Below are positions 47,199-56,972 of a stretch of DNA of 64,000 nucleotides, piece by piece. This stretch comes from Candidatus Syntropharchaeum sp. GTDB lineage: Archaea > Halobacteriota > Syntropharchaeia > Syntropharchaeales > Syntropharchaeaceae. The position numbers were made by a program, and so were the translations under genes. Under the pieces are notes generated by a model, which was not told where the DNA came from, made no database searches, and saw nothing but the letters and a program-made list of their open reading frames with translations. The stretch's first letter is position 1; each line of letters opens with the position of its first letter. Where the stretch lies: assembly GCA_026134025.1 (NCBI GenBank), contig JAOQII010000004.1:19409-83408 (forward strand). The letters are read 5' to 3'.

Positions 47199-47483
47199 AA
47201 GGAATCCCCCGTATTATCTCTTTACTACGAGTTTCTATATATATGTATTTTCATTTGGTAATCGATTAGCGTGGAATTTGAGCGAATAGTTCTTTGGAAA
47301 GATTTTTAAATCGCAACTCATAGTGTTAATAACGATAACGACTCCTGGAGGTTCAAGAATGGGAGAGATGACAGAGGAGCAGAAACGGGTGAAGGTTCAG
47401 GCATGCAGGGATGAAGTGGGGGATAAGTTCCCGATGAAGACCTGCATCGAGCACTGCCCGCTCTATGAGATCTGTAAGGATCT

Positions 47484-47569
47484 GCCGAGGTAGCCAAGCG
47501 GCCTACGGCGCTGGTCTTGAAAACCAGTGGGGCATACGTCCCGCAAGGGTTCAAATCCCTTCCTCGGCG
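47484..47569 (+). tRNA. tRNA-Ser (anticodon TGA), class II with long variable arm
   Basis: Acceptor stem GCCGAGG/CCTCGGC, anticodon loop CTTGAAA, long extra arm, T-loop GGTTCAAATCC. Confidence 0.85.
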
Positions 47570-47578
47570 TTTTTTTTT
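47570..47578 (+). terminator. Oligo-T tract immediately 3' of tRNA-Ser (archaeal-type terminator)
   Basis: A run of nine T residues directly after the discriminator base. Confidence 0.45.
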
Positions 47579-47876
47579 GGGAAAGAGGCAATGCGTCTCT
47601 ATCGTAATTTTTTAATGTTGCATGACTCACACGACAAAACACCCACCTGTGGCAGGGCCACTGACGTGTTAGGTCGGAGACTGAGTTAAGAGGTAAGGTG
47701 AGATGCACCTCATGCTGAAAAATCACAATATTTGAGGTTTATCAACCCCGGGCACTTGATCTGAACGCTAATCGAGAGCGGTTGATGGATGAATGGGGAC
47801 TTAGCTGATCAGGTATTAAATGTTGCCATAAAGATATAAACAAATAAATTAAGTTCGAATAGTATGGTGGTAAGCC

Positions 47877-48905
47877 ATGGGTGATTACAGAGATCGGAGT
47901 TATTTATCTGCGATAGAAGCCGCTAAATTTCTAAATATTTCTGTGAAGAAATTGCACGGATTAACAAGAAATAATACTATCGAATACAAAAAATCAGCCA
48001 GCGGTCAGATGAGATACGATCTGGAAGACCTGAAAAAATACGCTGAAGAAAATCATATACAATTGGATGGCGTGAATATAGAAATAAAACGTCTCTCTCA
48101 GCTTAAAATAGACAACACCATTCAAAAATTCATTTTTGGGAGTTCTATGGAGATGAAAGAGTTAGAAGATGATTCGGTACATCTCATGATCACTTCGCCA
48201 CCGTATTTTAACGCTAAAATGTATACAAATGAGCCGATTGAAGGCGATTTAGGGAATGTTCATGATTTAAATGAATGGTTTTCAGATATATCAAAAGTTT
48301 GGAAAGAGGTTTATCGAGTATTACAACCCGGTAGAAAAGCCTTTATTAACATAATGAATCTTCCCATACGAGAAAATAAAACTTTCAGGAGTCTAAATCT
48401 GGTTGGTAAAACAATTGATGTTATGGAAGATATTGGTTTTATTTTTAAGAGAGACATAATATGGCATAAAACAAACGGTGTTAAAGCACACTTCGGAACG
48501 TATCCATATCCAGGCGGTATATTGTTAAATAACATGCACGAATTCATATTAGAATTTAGCAAACCCGAGAAGAGAGGATTTAAAAAATACGGACATCTAA
48601 CCAAAGAACAGAAAGAAAAATCAAAAATAGAAAAAGATTTCTGGTTGAAATTAAAAAACAGTGATGTATGGTTGATAAAACCAGAAAAAAGCGGGGATAA
48701 CCGTAATCATGTAGCGCCTTTCCCCTATGAACTTCCTTTTCGGTTGATCAAAGCCTACAGTTACATTTCTGAGACCGTACTCGATCCCTTTGCGGGCTCA
48801 TTTGTTACATTGAAAGCCGCAAAAGATTTAGAAAGAAACGGAATTGGGTATGAGATAAATAAAGAAATTCTCAAGGAGGCACTGATTGAATTTGAAAGTG
48901 AGTAA
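47877..48905 (+). CDS. DNA methyltransferase (N4-C/N6-A, beta-class, SPPY motif) with N-terminal HTH
   Basis: Motif IV ITSPPYF precedes motif I LDPFAGSFVT. N-terminal MerR/excisionase-like HTH (LSAIEAAKFLNISVKKL). GC visibly lower than its surroundings. Confidence 0.8.
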   Translation: MGDYRDRSYLSAIEAAKFLNISVKKLHGLTRNNTIEYKKSASGQMRYDLEDLKKYAEENHIQLDGVNIEIKRLSQLKIDNTIQKFIFGSSMEMKELEDDSVHLMITSPPYFNAKMYTNEPIEGDLGNVHDLNEWFSDISKVWKEVYRVLQPGRKAFINIMNLPIRENKTFRSLNLVGKTIDVMEDIGFIFKRDIIWHKTNGVKAHFGTYPYPGGILLNNMHEFILEFSKPEKRGFKKYGHLTKEQKEKSKIEKDFWLKLKNSDVWLIKPEKSGDNRNHVAPFPYELPFRLIKAYSYISETVLDPFAGSFVTLKAAKDLERNGIGYEINKEILKEALIEFESE

Positions 48906-49356
48906 ACCAGATCTTACCAGAATCAATGATTCGATGAATTACTTACTCACCCATTCATACCCCCTTTCTCCATGATCAAGCCATTGCTCCATCCAATCCA
49001 ACCATACGCCCCTCACATCCACTATCTCCAAAAACTTGGTCTAAGACCTTCTCCACTTCAAAAACAGATGCTGGTGGATTTTTCCAGAATAAATAAGCAG
49101 ATGTGACCTCCTCTTGAGCTTTGTGCGGTGTCGTTTGTTGTGATTTATAATCTTAAAGTCAGTGATGAAGTTCAAGCCTTTAAACGCTTGGGTTGTGAAT
49201 AATACATCCTGTAAGAGTTTATAGATTCCATTGGCAGGTTTGTGATCTTCTCTGCTGCTCTTATGCTCAAATATGGAGATTTGATCCTGAGTGTGGCAGT
49301 GTCTGACTGCAAGTCGGAAGCAGGGTTAGAATTGGGCGATTGGAGTGGGTGGGGAG

Positions 49357-49402
49357 TTATAAAAGGAGATGGTCTGAGTATGAATAATTACGCAAGAGGT
49401 CT
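49357..49402 (+). repeat. 46-bp conserved element, copy A (ttataaaaGGAGATGGTCTGAGTATGAATAATTACGCAAGAGGTCT)
   Basis: 42/46 identity with 62488-62533. Begins with a TATA-like ttataaaa. Confidence 0.7.
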
Positions 49403-49473
49403 ATTTAAATGCTGAACCAATATCTTTATATAATCTCCATTAGATATAATTCTTAGCTTAAAGGGGGAAAAGC

Positions 49474-50169
49474 ATGAGTAGATATTCAATAGATGAGTTT
49501 GTACGTGCCACATCAGAGCGAGATCGCGGTGAGGGCCCATTTGAGCTTGAGAACGATCGGACGCTGGAGATCCAGCTTGATGGTATGGTATGGATAAAAA
49601 TGGGATCGATGGTCGCGTACAATGGTAATATTAAGTTCACGCGCGAGGGTGTTCTGGAACATGGTATCGGCAAGATGCTGAAGAAAGCGGTCACAGGCGA
49701 GGGAACGATGCTCACAAAGGCAGAAGGGAGTGGGAATCTCTATCTTGCAGACAGCGGTAAGAAGATCTCTGTAATAGAACTTCAGGGAGATTCAATCACC
49801 GTCAACGGGAACGACCTCCTCGCATTCCAGAATTCGGTCAAGTGGGATATAACGATGATGAAGAAGATAACAGGGGTGCTTGCAGGCGGGCTTTTCAATG
49901 TCAAGCTTCAGGGGGAGGGTATGATCGCGATAACCACTCATTACGACCCTGTAACACTTATTGTAAAGCCTGGTGAACCTGTATTCACAGACCCGAATGC
50001 AACCGTTGCATGGTCATCTAACCTCGCCCCGGATCTCAAGGCGGATGTCTCACTGAAGACCCTGGTTGGCAGAACGAGCGGTGAGACAATTCAGATGAGG
50101 TTCGATGGTGATGGTTTCGTCGTTATCCAGCCTTTCGAGGAGATTTACTACATGGAGACAACGGCTTGA
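49474..50169 (+). CDS. AIM24/DUF124-family protein
   Basis: 231 aa; beta-rich sequence with the characteristic G-rich repeats (KMLKKAVTGEGTMLTKAEGSGNLYLADSGKKI...LAGGLFNVKLQGEGMIAI). Confidence 0.6.
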   Translation: MSRYSIDEFVRATSERDRGEGPFELENDRTLEIQLDGMVWIKMGSMVAYNGNIKFTREGVLEHGIGKMLKKAVTGEGTMLTKAEGSGNLYLADSGKKISVIELQGDSITVNGNDLLAFQNSVKWDITMMKKITGVLAGGLFNVKLQGEGMIAITTHYDPVTLIVKPGEPVFTDPNATVAWSSNLAPDLKADVSLKTLVGRTSGETIQMRFDGDGFVVIQPFEEIYYMETTA

Positions 50170-50176
50170 TCGAGCT

Positions 50177-50752
50177 ATGAAGATTGAGAACGTTGTTGTA
50201 ATAATCGTAATCCTCGCTGCAGTCGGGATCATTTACCTGAACCTCGATAGGGAAGAGCTTGCTCCACTCAAAGAGGCGATTGATGCAGGTATTGAGGGCG
50301 GTTCATACTATATTAACCTTTTGATAGACGGTTTTGCTGACCTCCTCTCCCCTGTCACCTCAAAGGTTGTTATGAAAGGTGAGTATGTTAATACAGGTGA
50401 CCTTGAGATGACAATCAGCGAATGCGAGCTTGTTGATAGCGTTTTTGCAGAGGAGGGTGCAGCTTATCTTCTGGCACTTGTAAGTGTTAGAAACGTTGGA
50501 CAGGTTCCAGCGCACCTCCCAATTTTGATAGATATGCGCCTCTACTATCTCGATGATGTGATTCGACCAAAGAAAAGCTGGCGTGTTCCAGGCGGTAGGA
50601 CACACTACGATCCTCTTACAACAGATAAAATCTATCCAAATATCACAAAGGAAGGATGGGTATGCTTTGAGGTCCCAAAAGATATGAATCTCTCAGAAGC
50701 TGTAGTATCGGCGAGGTGTGAGGGTAGAAGGATTAAGTGGATGTGTGGTTGA
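50177..50752 (+). CDS. Membrane-anchored hypothetical protein (DUF4352-like beta-sandwich)
   Basis: N-terminal TM (VVVIIVILAAVGIIYL), then a soluble domain. Start taken at the internal Met after the AIM24 stop. Confidence 0.4.
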   Translation: MKIENVVVIIVILAAVGIIYLNLDREELAPLKEAIDAGIEGGSYYINLLIDGFADLLSPVTSKVVMKGEYVNTGDLEMTISECELVDSVFAEEGAAYLLALVSVRNVGQVPAHLPILIDMRLYYLDDVIRPKKSWRVPGGRTHYDPLTTDKIYPNITKEGWVCFEVPKDMNLSEAVVSARCEGRRIKWMCG

Positions 50753-50877
50753 CGCCATGGATATGGGATAATCGAAATAGTTATGTAAACCTACTGATAG
50801 AAGGGGGAGAATTAGTGTCGAGGTATTTGTTTAGCTCCCCTCTTTTAACCTTTCTTCAATCGATATTCTCTGAATGA

Positions 50878-51144
50878 ATGGCACGAAGAATAACACATTT
50901 CGATCCATGTATCAGTAAAAATGATAGAGGGCTACTCAGAGAACTTCGGGATGAAACTGCACATCTGAAAGAAGAGAATGCAAGACATGCCAAAGAAATC
51001 GAAGAAACGTGGCGCTCCAAAGGGTATTCAGGATGCATTCCTGCGTGTTCATGGATGAGACCGGAGGTAAGGAGCTTTCAAGAGGTGATTCATGAGAAGT
51101 TCAGGTTGCAGAGGACATATTTGAAGAGCTTGATGGGTTGTTGA
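50878..51144 (+). CDS. Hypothetical small protein
   Basis: 88-aa ORF. Weak support. Confidence 0.2.
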   Translation: MARRITHFDPCISKNDRGLLRELRDETAHLKEENARHAKEIEETWRSKGYSGCIPACSWMRPEVRSFQEVIHEKFRLQRTYLKSLMGC

Positions 51145-51213
51145 GGGAGGAGCTTTGTGGAGTGAGGTAAAGAAATACTAAAATTCTTATCAAAGTTACA
51201 TCTGATCTTGAAA

Positions 51214-51834
51214 CTACTCCAGAACTGCATGTCGTGCTTTCAGATCTTCCTCGCTTGCGCCTATTACTGCCATAAGCTCTGCGATTACAGCATCGAGCAC
51301 AACGAGCGATAGAACTTCAAACACCGTTCCAAGCGGCGTGAGGGATCGATATTCCCCTTTGATCTGTCGTTCTGTGTAGTCTTCCCCACCCACGTATTTT
51401 CTATCGAACCTGCCCCTGACCTCAAGGATAACGTCAGAAAGCTTCCCGAGCGTCGAGGATGGGACACTTGTGACAGAACCGATCAATACTCCTCTCGACT
51501 TTGCAACACGTGCCATATTTGCAATGTTCAACGTCTCACCAGAACCTGATATCGCGATTACAAGATCCCCTTTCTCAACCGCAGGTGTTGTGGTCTCGCC
51601 AGCGACATAAACGTTGAAACCAAGATGCATCAGCCGCATCGCAAACGCCTTTGCAACAAGTCCAGAACGTCCTGCTCCCATCACGAAAATCTTGTCTGCA
51701 TCCAGTATAACATCTATCAGCGCCTTGACGGCTTTTTCATCTATGGTCTCGATCGTCTCGTTGATCTGGTCCTTTATCAGTCCAATACAGCTCCTGAAAC
51801 TTGAACAGGTAACGCCATTTAAATTTTTGGGCAT
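51214..51834 (-). CDS. SIS-domain sugar-phosphate isomerase (6-phospho-3-hexuloisomerase-like)
   Basis: IFVMGAGRSGLVAKAFAMRLMHLGF SIS motif. About 200 aa, typical of archaeal PHI. Confidence 0.65.
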   Translation of the reverse strand: MPKNLNGVTCSSFRSCIGLIKDQINETIETIDEKAVKALIDVILDADKIFVMGAGRSGLVAKAFAMRLMHLGFNVYVAGETTTPAVEKGDLVIAISGSGETLNIANMARVAKSRGVLIGSVTSVPSSTLGKLSDVILEVRGRFDRKYVGGEDYTERQIKGEYRSLTPLGTVFEVLSLVVLDAVIAELMAVIGASEEDLKARHAVLE

Positions 51835-51837
51835 CTT

Positions 51838-52338
51838 TTAATCATCACTTGTACTGATATTTATACTCTTTGCTATTCCACTGGCGTTCAATTTGTTAAG
51901 GAGGAGGCGTATCTTCTCATCGTCAGCCTCCCACAAAATCGTCTTCTCGATATCACTCATCTCAAGTTCATGATCGATCGAATCGAGTAAACATTCGAGA
52001 ACCTCTTCCCTGATGAGTGGAGCGTTGAATATCGCCCTGTACTTATCCCCCTTCCTTCGGTATGAGAGTAAGATCAGCCCCCTCCCCGCCATCCGTTCTA
52101 TATCAGGAAACTCAGCGAGAAGATCCATCTCACAGGTTAATTTGGGATCGACCGTTCTAATTACATGCATTATTCTCGAGATATCCCCCCGTTCTGCACG
52201 CCTCCCAAGCCACATCCTAATCTTGCCATAGGTTATCGTGAGCAGGATGTTCTCATAACCGATTGTCAGATTCAGGAGGTTGCAGTTCAAACTATCGATG
52301 AGCGATGAAGGGGATTTTTCAGCTGACATCTCATACAC
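51838..52338 (-). CDS. Hypothetical protein
   Basis: 166-aa ORF translationally coupled to the downstream SIS gene. Confidence 0.35.
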   Translation of the reverse strand: MYEMSAEKSPSSLIDSLNCNLLNLTIGYENILLTITYGKIRMWLGRRAERGDISRIMHVIRTVDPKLTCEMDLLAEFPDIERMAGRGLILLSYRRKGDKYRAIFNAPLIREEVLECLLDSIDHELEMSDIEKTILWEADDEKIRLLLNKLNASGIAKSINISTSDD

Positions 52339-52411
52339 CCATAACTTCGGATCGGTTCGAATTTTACGTAAGGTATAATTAGATCTACAGTCGATACATA
52401 AATAATCTCAG

Positions 52412-52984
52412 GTGATCTCAACGTTGGGGGATACAGAAAAGCTTTTAGTCCTTTCGCTTGGCGATGAAGCGTCAAAAAAGATCTCGCAGGCAATTGCAAA
52501 CGATACAGCAAGGGATATACTCAATCTAGTTGCAGACGAGCCTCTATCGAGTAGTACAATTGCAGAGAAGCTTGAGATTCCACTTACAACAGTCCAGTAC
52601 AATATTGAGAAGCTTACCGAAGCAGGGCTCATCGATGTCAAGGAAAAGAGATGGAGCAAAAAGGGGAGGACGATCAAGGTTTATGGTCCAAAACGGAAGC
52701 TTCTTATCATTGTACCTGAGAATATTGGGAAAGAAGACATTCTGGGGGCTGTGAGAAAGTATCTCGGGATACTGCTCTTTGCGGGACTTCTATCTGTGAT
52801 ACTTGAGTTCATAACGTCAGATGGTTTTTTGGGAAAGAACGATTCAAAGGTTGCATTCGAGGCAGTTGAAGAGGTTACCAGAGGTATCTGGAATTTTGGA
52901 GATCATGTAGCCCTGTATTTCTTTGCAGGCGCTCTTTTTGTTGTTCTGCTTCTGCTTCTTGTTGATTGGTGGAAGAAGAGATAA
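52412..52984 (+). CDS. ArsR-family HTH regulator fused to a C-terminal transmembrane segment
   Basis: N-terminal ArsR-like wHTH (ISQAIANDTARDILNLVADEPLSSSTIAEKLEIPLTTVQYNIEKLTEAGLI), followed by two hydrophobic helices. Confidence 0.55.
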   Translation: MISTLGDTEKLLVLSLGDEASKKISQAIANDTARDILNLVADEPLSSSTIAEKLEIPLTTVQYNIEKLTEAGLIDVKEKRWSKKGRTIKVYGPKRKLLIIVPENIGKEDILGAVRKYLGILLFAGLLSVILEFITSDGFLGKNDSKVAFEAVEEVTRGIWNFGDHVALYFFAGALFVVLLLLLVDWWKKR

Positions 52985-53002
52985 GATTAACAGGAAAAAT
53001 TA

Positions 53003-53074
53003 AGCCAAGGTCCGGATTCGAACCGGAGTATAGTCGCTCTGCAGGCGACCGCGTAGCCACTCTGCCACCTTGGC
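53003..53074 (-). tRNA. tRNA-Cys (anticodon GCA)
   Basis: On the minus strand: acceptor GCCAAGG/CCTTGGC, anticodon stem GTCGC/GCGAC with loop CTGCAGA, T-arm TCCGG-TTCGAAT-CCGGA. D-arm slightly irregular. Confidence 0.7.
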
Positions 53075-53134
53075 ACGTTAAATCAAACCAACATCTCTAC
53101 TTCATCAGGGGTATATATAAGATTGGCGATCTTT

Positions 53135-54043
53135 CTAAACCCCTCTCAAAAAGCCTGCGGCATCCTCTGGAGGGACAGTGAGGATATAGATCCCGGTATT
53201 AAGCTCAAAACCTGCGGCTATCGAGAGTTTTGGGAGAATTCTTATGTTGAGGTGGTAATCCTCGTCGATCGTCTGTAAAAAGTGGTAATTGTATGGCGGG
53301 TCATCGAGTACAACCTTTAGAGACCTCAAAAGATCCCTGAAGATCCTCGAAAAAGAGGTTCTCTCGCTTGAGTCCATGCACGTTATATTATTTATATGTC
53401 GCTTTGGGATGACCCAGACCTCAAAAGGGGTCTTCGAATAGAAAGGTGCGAAAGCGATCCACGTCTGATCCTCGAAGATTACGCGACTGGATCCAGACTC
53501 CTCTTTCGTGATGGAACAGTACGGGCATCGATCAAGCTGTTTGATGACATCGCGTTCCCTTTCAAGTTCTGATGGCCTCAGCGGAAGTGCGATAAGCTGT
53601 GTGTGGGAGTGAGCAATCGATGCGCCAGCCTCTCGCTTATGATTCTTGAAGAGTGAAACGTACAGGATCGAGGCTTTATGCGCATAAAAATTGAAACGAT
53701 CCTGATAGGCATCCACCATGAGTTCCATCTCTACATCCGTAAAATCTGCGGGACTTGCGTCATGCTTTGCGGTCTCAACGATCACCTCATGGTGGCCATC
53801 TGGTGGACTTAAAGCTGGATAGAGGTTTTCAAAGCATCTCACATCCCACGATTGACCGGAATTAAGTTGATATACCGCTGTTTCAGGTGGAGTCATCGTT
53901 TCATTACCAGGACAGAACGGACAGTCCTTTGCTGGTCTTCTGGATCTTGCGTCATCCTTGATAAAATCCTGTGGTCGCTTTGCTCTACCAGATGCAAGAA
54001 TGCAGTACTCATTGAGGAAGTAATGCTTTCTTATCTCAGTCAT
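53135..54043 (-). CDS. GalT-family nucleotidyltransferase (galactose-1-phosphate uridylyltransferase/ADP-glucose phosphorylase-like, HIT superfamily)
   Basis: Zn-binding CPFCPGNE, HxHxQ active site (AHSHTQLIA), two half-barrel halves. Confidence 0.75.
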   Translation of the reverse strand: MTEIRKHYFLNEYCILASGRAKRPQDFIKDDARSRRPAKDCPFCPGNETMTPPETAVYQLNSGQSWDVRCFENLYPALSPPDGHHEVIVETAKHDASPADFTDVEMELMVDAYQDRFNFYAHKASILYVSLFKNHKREAGASIAHSHTQLIALPLRPSELERERDVIKQLDRCPYCSITKEESGSSRVIFEDQTWIAFAPFYSKTPFEVWVIPKRHINNITCMDSSERTSFSRIFRDLLRSLKVVLDDPPYNYHFLQTIDEDYHLNIRILPKLSIAAGFELNTGIYILTVPPEDAAGFLRGV

Positions 54044-54583
54044 CTATACTGCTCGCTTGAGTTCCACAACCTTGAGACTTCTATTGTCCTGGCAACTATC
54101 CTGTAAATCCCCCAGCACATTCAAGATAACGTATTTATCCCCTCTGATCAATCCGGGCGGAAAACAGAAATCTCTGAACTTGCAATCTATGAAACTGCAC
54201 ACTTTTGGCACATATACGATCTTCGATCTATCAAAGCACTTCTTTGAGTCGATTGCAGCTTTTATGGTGGGTTCTACTACCTCTACAGCAATGACTCCTC
54301 CGTCATGGATCGGGCAGTCATGTCCTGTCCCGCTTCTGACCTTAAGAACCCTGTATCGTCTACCTTCATCGAGATTCGTGCAGGTGTTTCGCATACGACA
54401 GTTTTCACACTCATCAGGGGTTTTATTGACGACGAACTCGACACCTTCCCTTGCAAGTCTCATCCCGATGAGCGTCACGATCACCTCGCTCTCACTAACA
54501 TCAAGTTCAACATCCTCTGCTTTGAATCGCTCCCACAGATCATCAGATTTATCAGATCCTTCAACATCTCCAGCCATCTTCAT
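54044..54583 (-). CDS. UPF0179-family conserved archaeal protein (Cys-rich)
   Basis: VTLIGMRLAREG and multiple CxxC-like cysteines are typical of UPF0179. The true start may be an internal Met. Confidence 0.55.
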   Translation of the reverse strand: MKMAGDVEGSDKSDDLWERFKAEDVELDVSESEVIVTLIGMRLAREGVEFVVNKTPDECENCRMRNTCTNLDEGRRYRVLKVRSGTGHDCPIHDGGVIAVEVVEPTIKAAIDSKKCFDRSKIVYVPKVCSFIDCKFRDFCFPPGLIRGDKYVILNVLGDLQDSCQDNRSLKVVELKRAV

Positions 54584-54601
54584 TATCCCTCTTTTATCTT
54601 T

Positions 54602-55633
54602 CTAAATAACCTTTGTGACAGATGCAAGCCTGTATGCCGCATCCTCTGTGATTCCTTCGCCAAGTATCGTGTACCTGTCAGGGTTTATGGTATGGGCGAT
54701 CGTGAGCGCTTCCACAATATACGCTCCATCGATTCCAAGCCCTTCTGCATCAACAGGCGCTCCAATATCAGAGAGTGCTCTGCGTATCGATCTCCAGTCA
54801 CCACCATGAAGGTGCATCATCATGATCGTACCAACTCCACACTGTTCACCGTGCATCGCAGGCCTGGGTGCAATTCTATCGAGTGCGTGGCTGAATTTGT
54901 GCTCAGAACCAGATGCAGGGGCAGAAGTTCCTGCTATACTCATCGCAACCCCACTCGATATGAGTGCCTTCACAACGAACCGTACAGACTCTTCAACGTT
55001 CGGTTTGATCGCGCCTGAGGATTCGATGATCATCTTTGCCGTCATCTCTGAGAGCGCTGCTGCATAGGCACTGTAAGGTGCGTTCTTAAGCCTTGATGCA
55101 AGTCGCCAATCCCTGACCGCGGTGAAGTTTGAGATGATATCTCCACATCCAGAGCGAAGAAACCTTGGTGGGGCTTTTGCGATGATCTCGGTATCTGCAA
55201 CCACACCAAGCGGTGATTGAGCAGCCATCGATATCGATCCACGTTCCTCTTTAACAGACGCCCTTGATGACGCGATTCCATCATGCGCTGCCGTGGTCGG
55301 AACGCTTAAAAAAGGTATACCAATCTGTGCAGATGAAACTTTGGCAAGATCTATCACTGTCCCACCACCAACACCCACGATAAAAGATGCTCCAACCTCC
55401 TCTGCACGCGCTTTCACGTTCTCGATCCGTTCCCTCGTGATCGAATCCGTAACAAAAGCTGAAAAATCGTAACCCGCATCAGCGAGAATCTCACAGACGT
55501 TATCCCCTGCTATCTTTCTTGTGAGATCATCCATGACAACAACTACCGAATCATGGAGTCCGAGTTTCTTACAGGCATTCGCGATCTCGTTTATCGTACC
55601 GTGGCCCACGACGATCTCACGTGGGAGCTGCAT
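54602..55633 (-). CDS. egsA: Glycerol-1-phosphate dehydrogenase [NAD(P)+] (archaeal lipid backbone synthesis)
   Basis: Dehydroquinate-synthase-like fold: GVGGGTVIDLAKV nucleotide motif, HDGIAS, HALD metal ligands. Start moved to MQLPREIVVGHG. Confidence 0.85.
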   Translation of the reverse strand: MQLPREIVVGHGTINEIANACKKLGLHDSVVVVMDDLTRKIAGDNVCEILADAGYDFSAFVTDSITRERIENVKARAEEVGASFIVGVGGGTVIDLAKVSSAQIGIPFLSVPTTAAHDGIASSRASVKEERGSISMAAQSPLGVVADTEIIAKAPPRFLRSGCGDIISNFTAVRDWRLASRLKNAPYSAYAAALSEMTAKMIIESSGAIKPNVEESVRFVVKALISSGVAMSIAGTSAPASGSEHKFSHALDRIAPRPAMHGEQCGVGTIMMMHLHGGDWRSIRRALSDIGAPVDAEGLGIDGAYIVEALTIAHTINPDRYTILGEGITEDAAYRLASVTKVI

Positions 55634-55795
55634 CCACTTCGGCGTTCTAATCTCGTTCAACAAGCTTATATACCTCGCCTTTAAATTATTTAGGGTGATC
55701 TTCTGACGCTGTGGGATCTCGTATACCAGTACTACATCGATCCGATCGTTCATGATACAGGATATAATCCCGTTAACACGCTTACATGGGCGATC

Positions 55796-56521
55796 GTGCT
55801 TGGGTTAAGTCTCTTCGGCGTCTTGAGACTGCTCAAAGCCCTTGAGATTCGGATAGATACACGCTTTATCTTTTCTCTCATCCCTTATATCTTTGTTGGA
55901 TCGACGCTCAGGGTGATAGAGGATGCAAATCTGATAAACCCACCCGCCTCATACCTTCTGATAACGCCCCTCATCTATTTCATCGTCTTTTTAGCGGTCT
56001 TAACGCTCCTTCTTATATCCATCAGGATTACACCTGAATTTTACGCGCTCTTCGGCTCATTCGGTATGCTGTGGACACTCTTAAATCTTGCGATCCTGAT
56101 TCTAAAGGTGGACGCGCTAAATCTCTGGGTATTGCCTGCCATAATCCTGATCGCACTCGGGGTTATCATACCACTGTATCTAATTCTTCGAGTATTGAAT
56201 GAGATTTTATTACCCAGCCCTGAGAACCTCGCGATTCTTGGATCTCATCTCCTCGATGCATCAAGCACGTTCATCGGTGTTGATCACCTCTCGTACCAGG
56301 GAAAACACGTCGTTGAACGCTTTCTGATCGAGCATACAGGAACAGCTCTCTCAATGATCCCGCTCAAACTCATCATCCTGTTACCACTCCTCTATCTACT
56401 CGATCGTGAGCTTAAAGATGAGGAGGATGCAGATCTCAAAGGTATCCTTATCCTTACGCTGATCGTCATTGGGCTTGCACCTGCTATTAGAAATACGACA
56501 AGGATGCTTTTTGGGATTTGA
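55796..56521 (+). CDS. DUF63-family archaeal integral membrane protein
   Basis: 241 aa, 6-7 TM, conserved LLDASSTFIGVDH region typical of DUF63. Confidence 0.5.
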   Translation: MLGLSLFGVLRLLKALEIRIDTRFIFSLIPYIFVGSTLRVIEDANLINPPASYLLITPLIYFIVFLAVLTLLLISIRITPEFYALFGSFGMLWTLLNLAILILKVDALNLWVLPAIILIALGVIIPLYLILRVLNEILLPSPENLAILGSHLLDASSTFIGVDHLSYQGKHVVERFLIEHTGTALSMIPLKLIILLPLLYLLDRELKDEEDADLKGILILTLIVIGLAPAIRNTTRMLFGI

Positions 56522-56603
56522 TGAGGGGAGAATATGGAGCGCAGATACCTATTTATTTAGAAATTTTTATATACTAAAAAATGGTCGTCTTCGTTGGGTG
56601 TGA

Positions 56604-56972
56604 ATGATGTCAGGTTATATGGAAATCGCCTTGATTACGATTGTTGGAATACTGTTTCCTGTTATTGCATTTGTAGCTTCCTGGCTTTTGAGACCATCTC
56701 ATCCGAATGATGAAAAATTCACGATATATGAATGTGGTGAGATAGCCCTGGGCGGTGATTCACGTAAGAATATTGGTATCCAGTTCTATCTCTTCGCTTT
56801 GATCTTCGTCATCTTTGATGTTGAAGCGATATTTTTATACCCCTGGGCGGTATCGTTTGGAGGATTGGGTGCCTTTGCATTCATCGAGATGATGATTTTC
56901 ATCGGCGTTCTTGTCGCGGGCTATGCATATGCATGGAAGATAGGCGCTCTTGAATGGGTTGGTGATGCGTGA
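56604..56972 (+). CDS. fpoA: F420H2 dehydrogenase/complex I subunit A (NuoA-type)
   Basis: 3-TM protein with [13 protein letters not shown] and [13 protein letters not shown] motifs. Confidence 0.85.
   Translation: MMSGYMEIALITIVGILFPVIAFVASWLLRPSHPNDEKFTIYECGEIALGGDSRKNIGIQFYLFALIFVIFDVEAIFLYPWAVSFGGLGAFAFIEMMIFIGVLVAGYAYAWKIGALEWVGDA

Noticed and set aside
49458-49715. 85-aa minus-strand ORF overlapping the start of the AIM24 gene
   Set aside because: It is antisense to a well-supported AIM24-family ORF. The composition is Ser/Pro-rich and typical of a reverse-frame artefact.
50878-51144. 88-aa plus-strand ORF as a confident gene
   Set aside because: No motif, no RBS and an odd composition. 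It is kept only as a low-confidence feature and might be non-coding spacer between the DUF4352-like gene and the convergent SIS gene.
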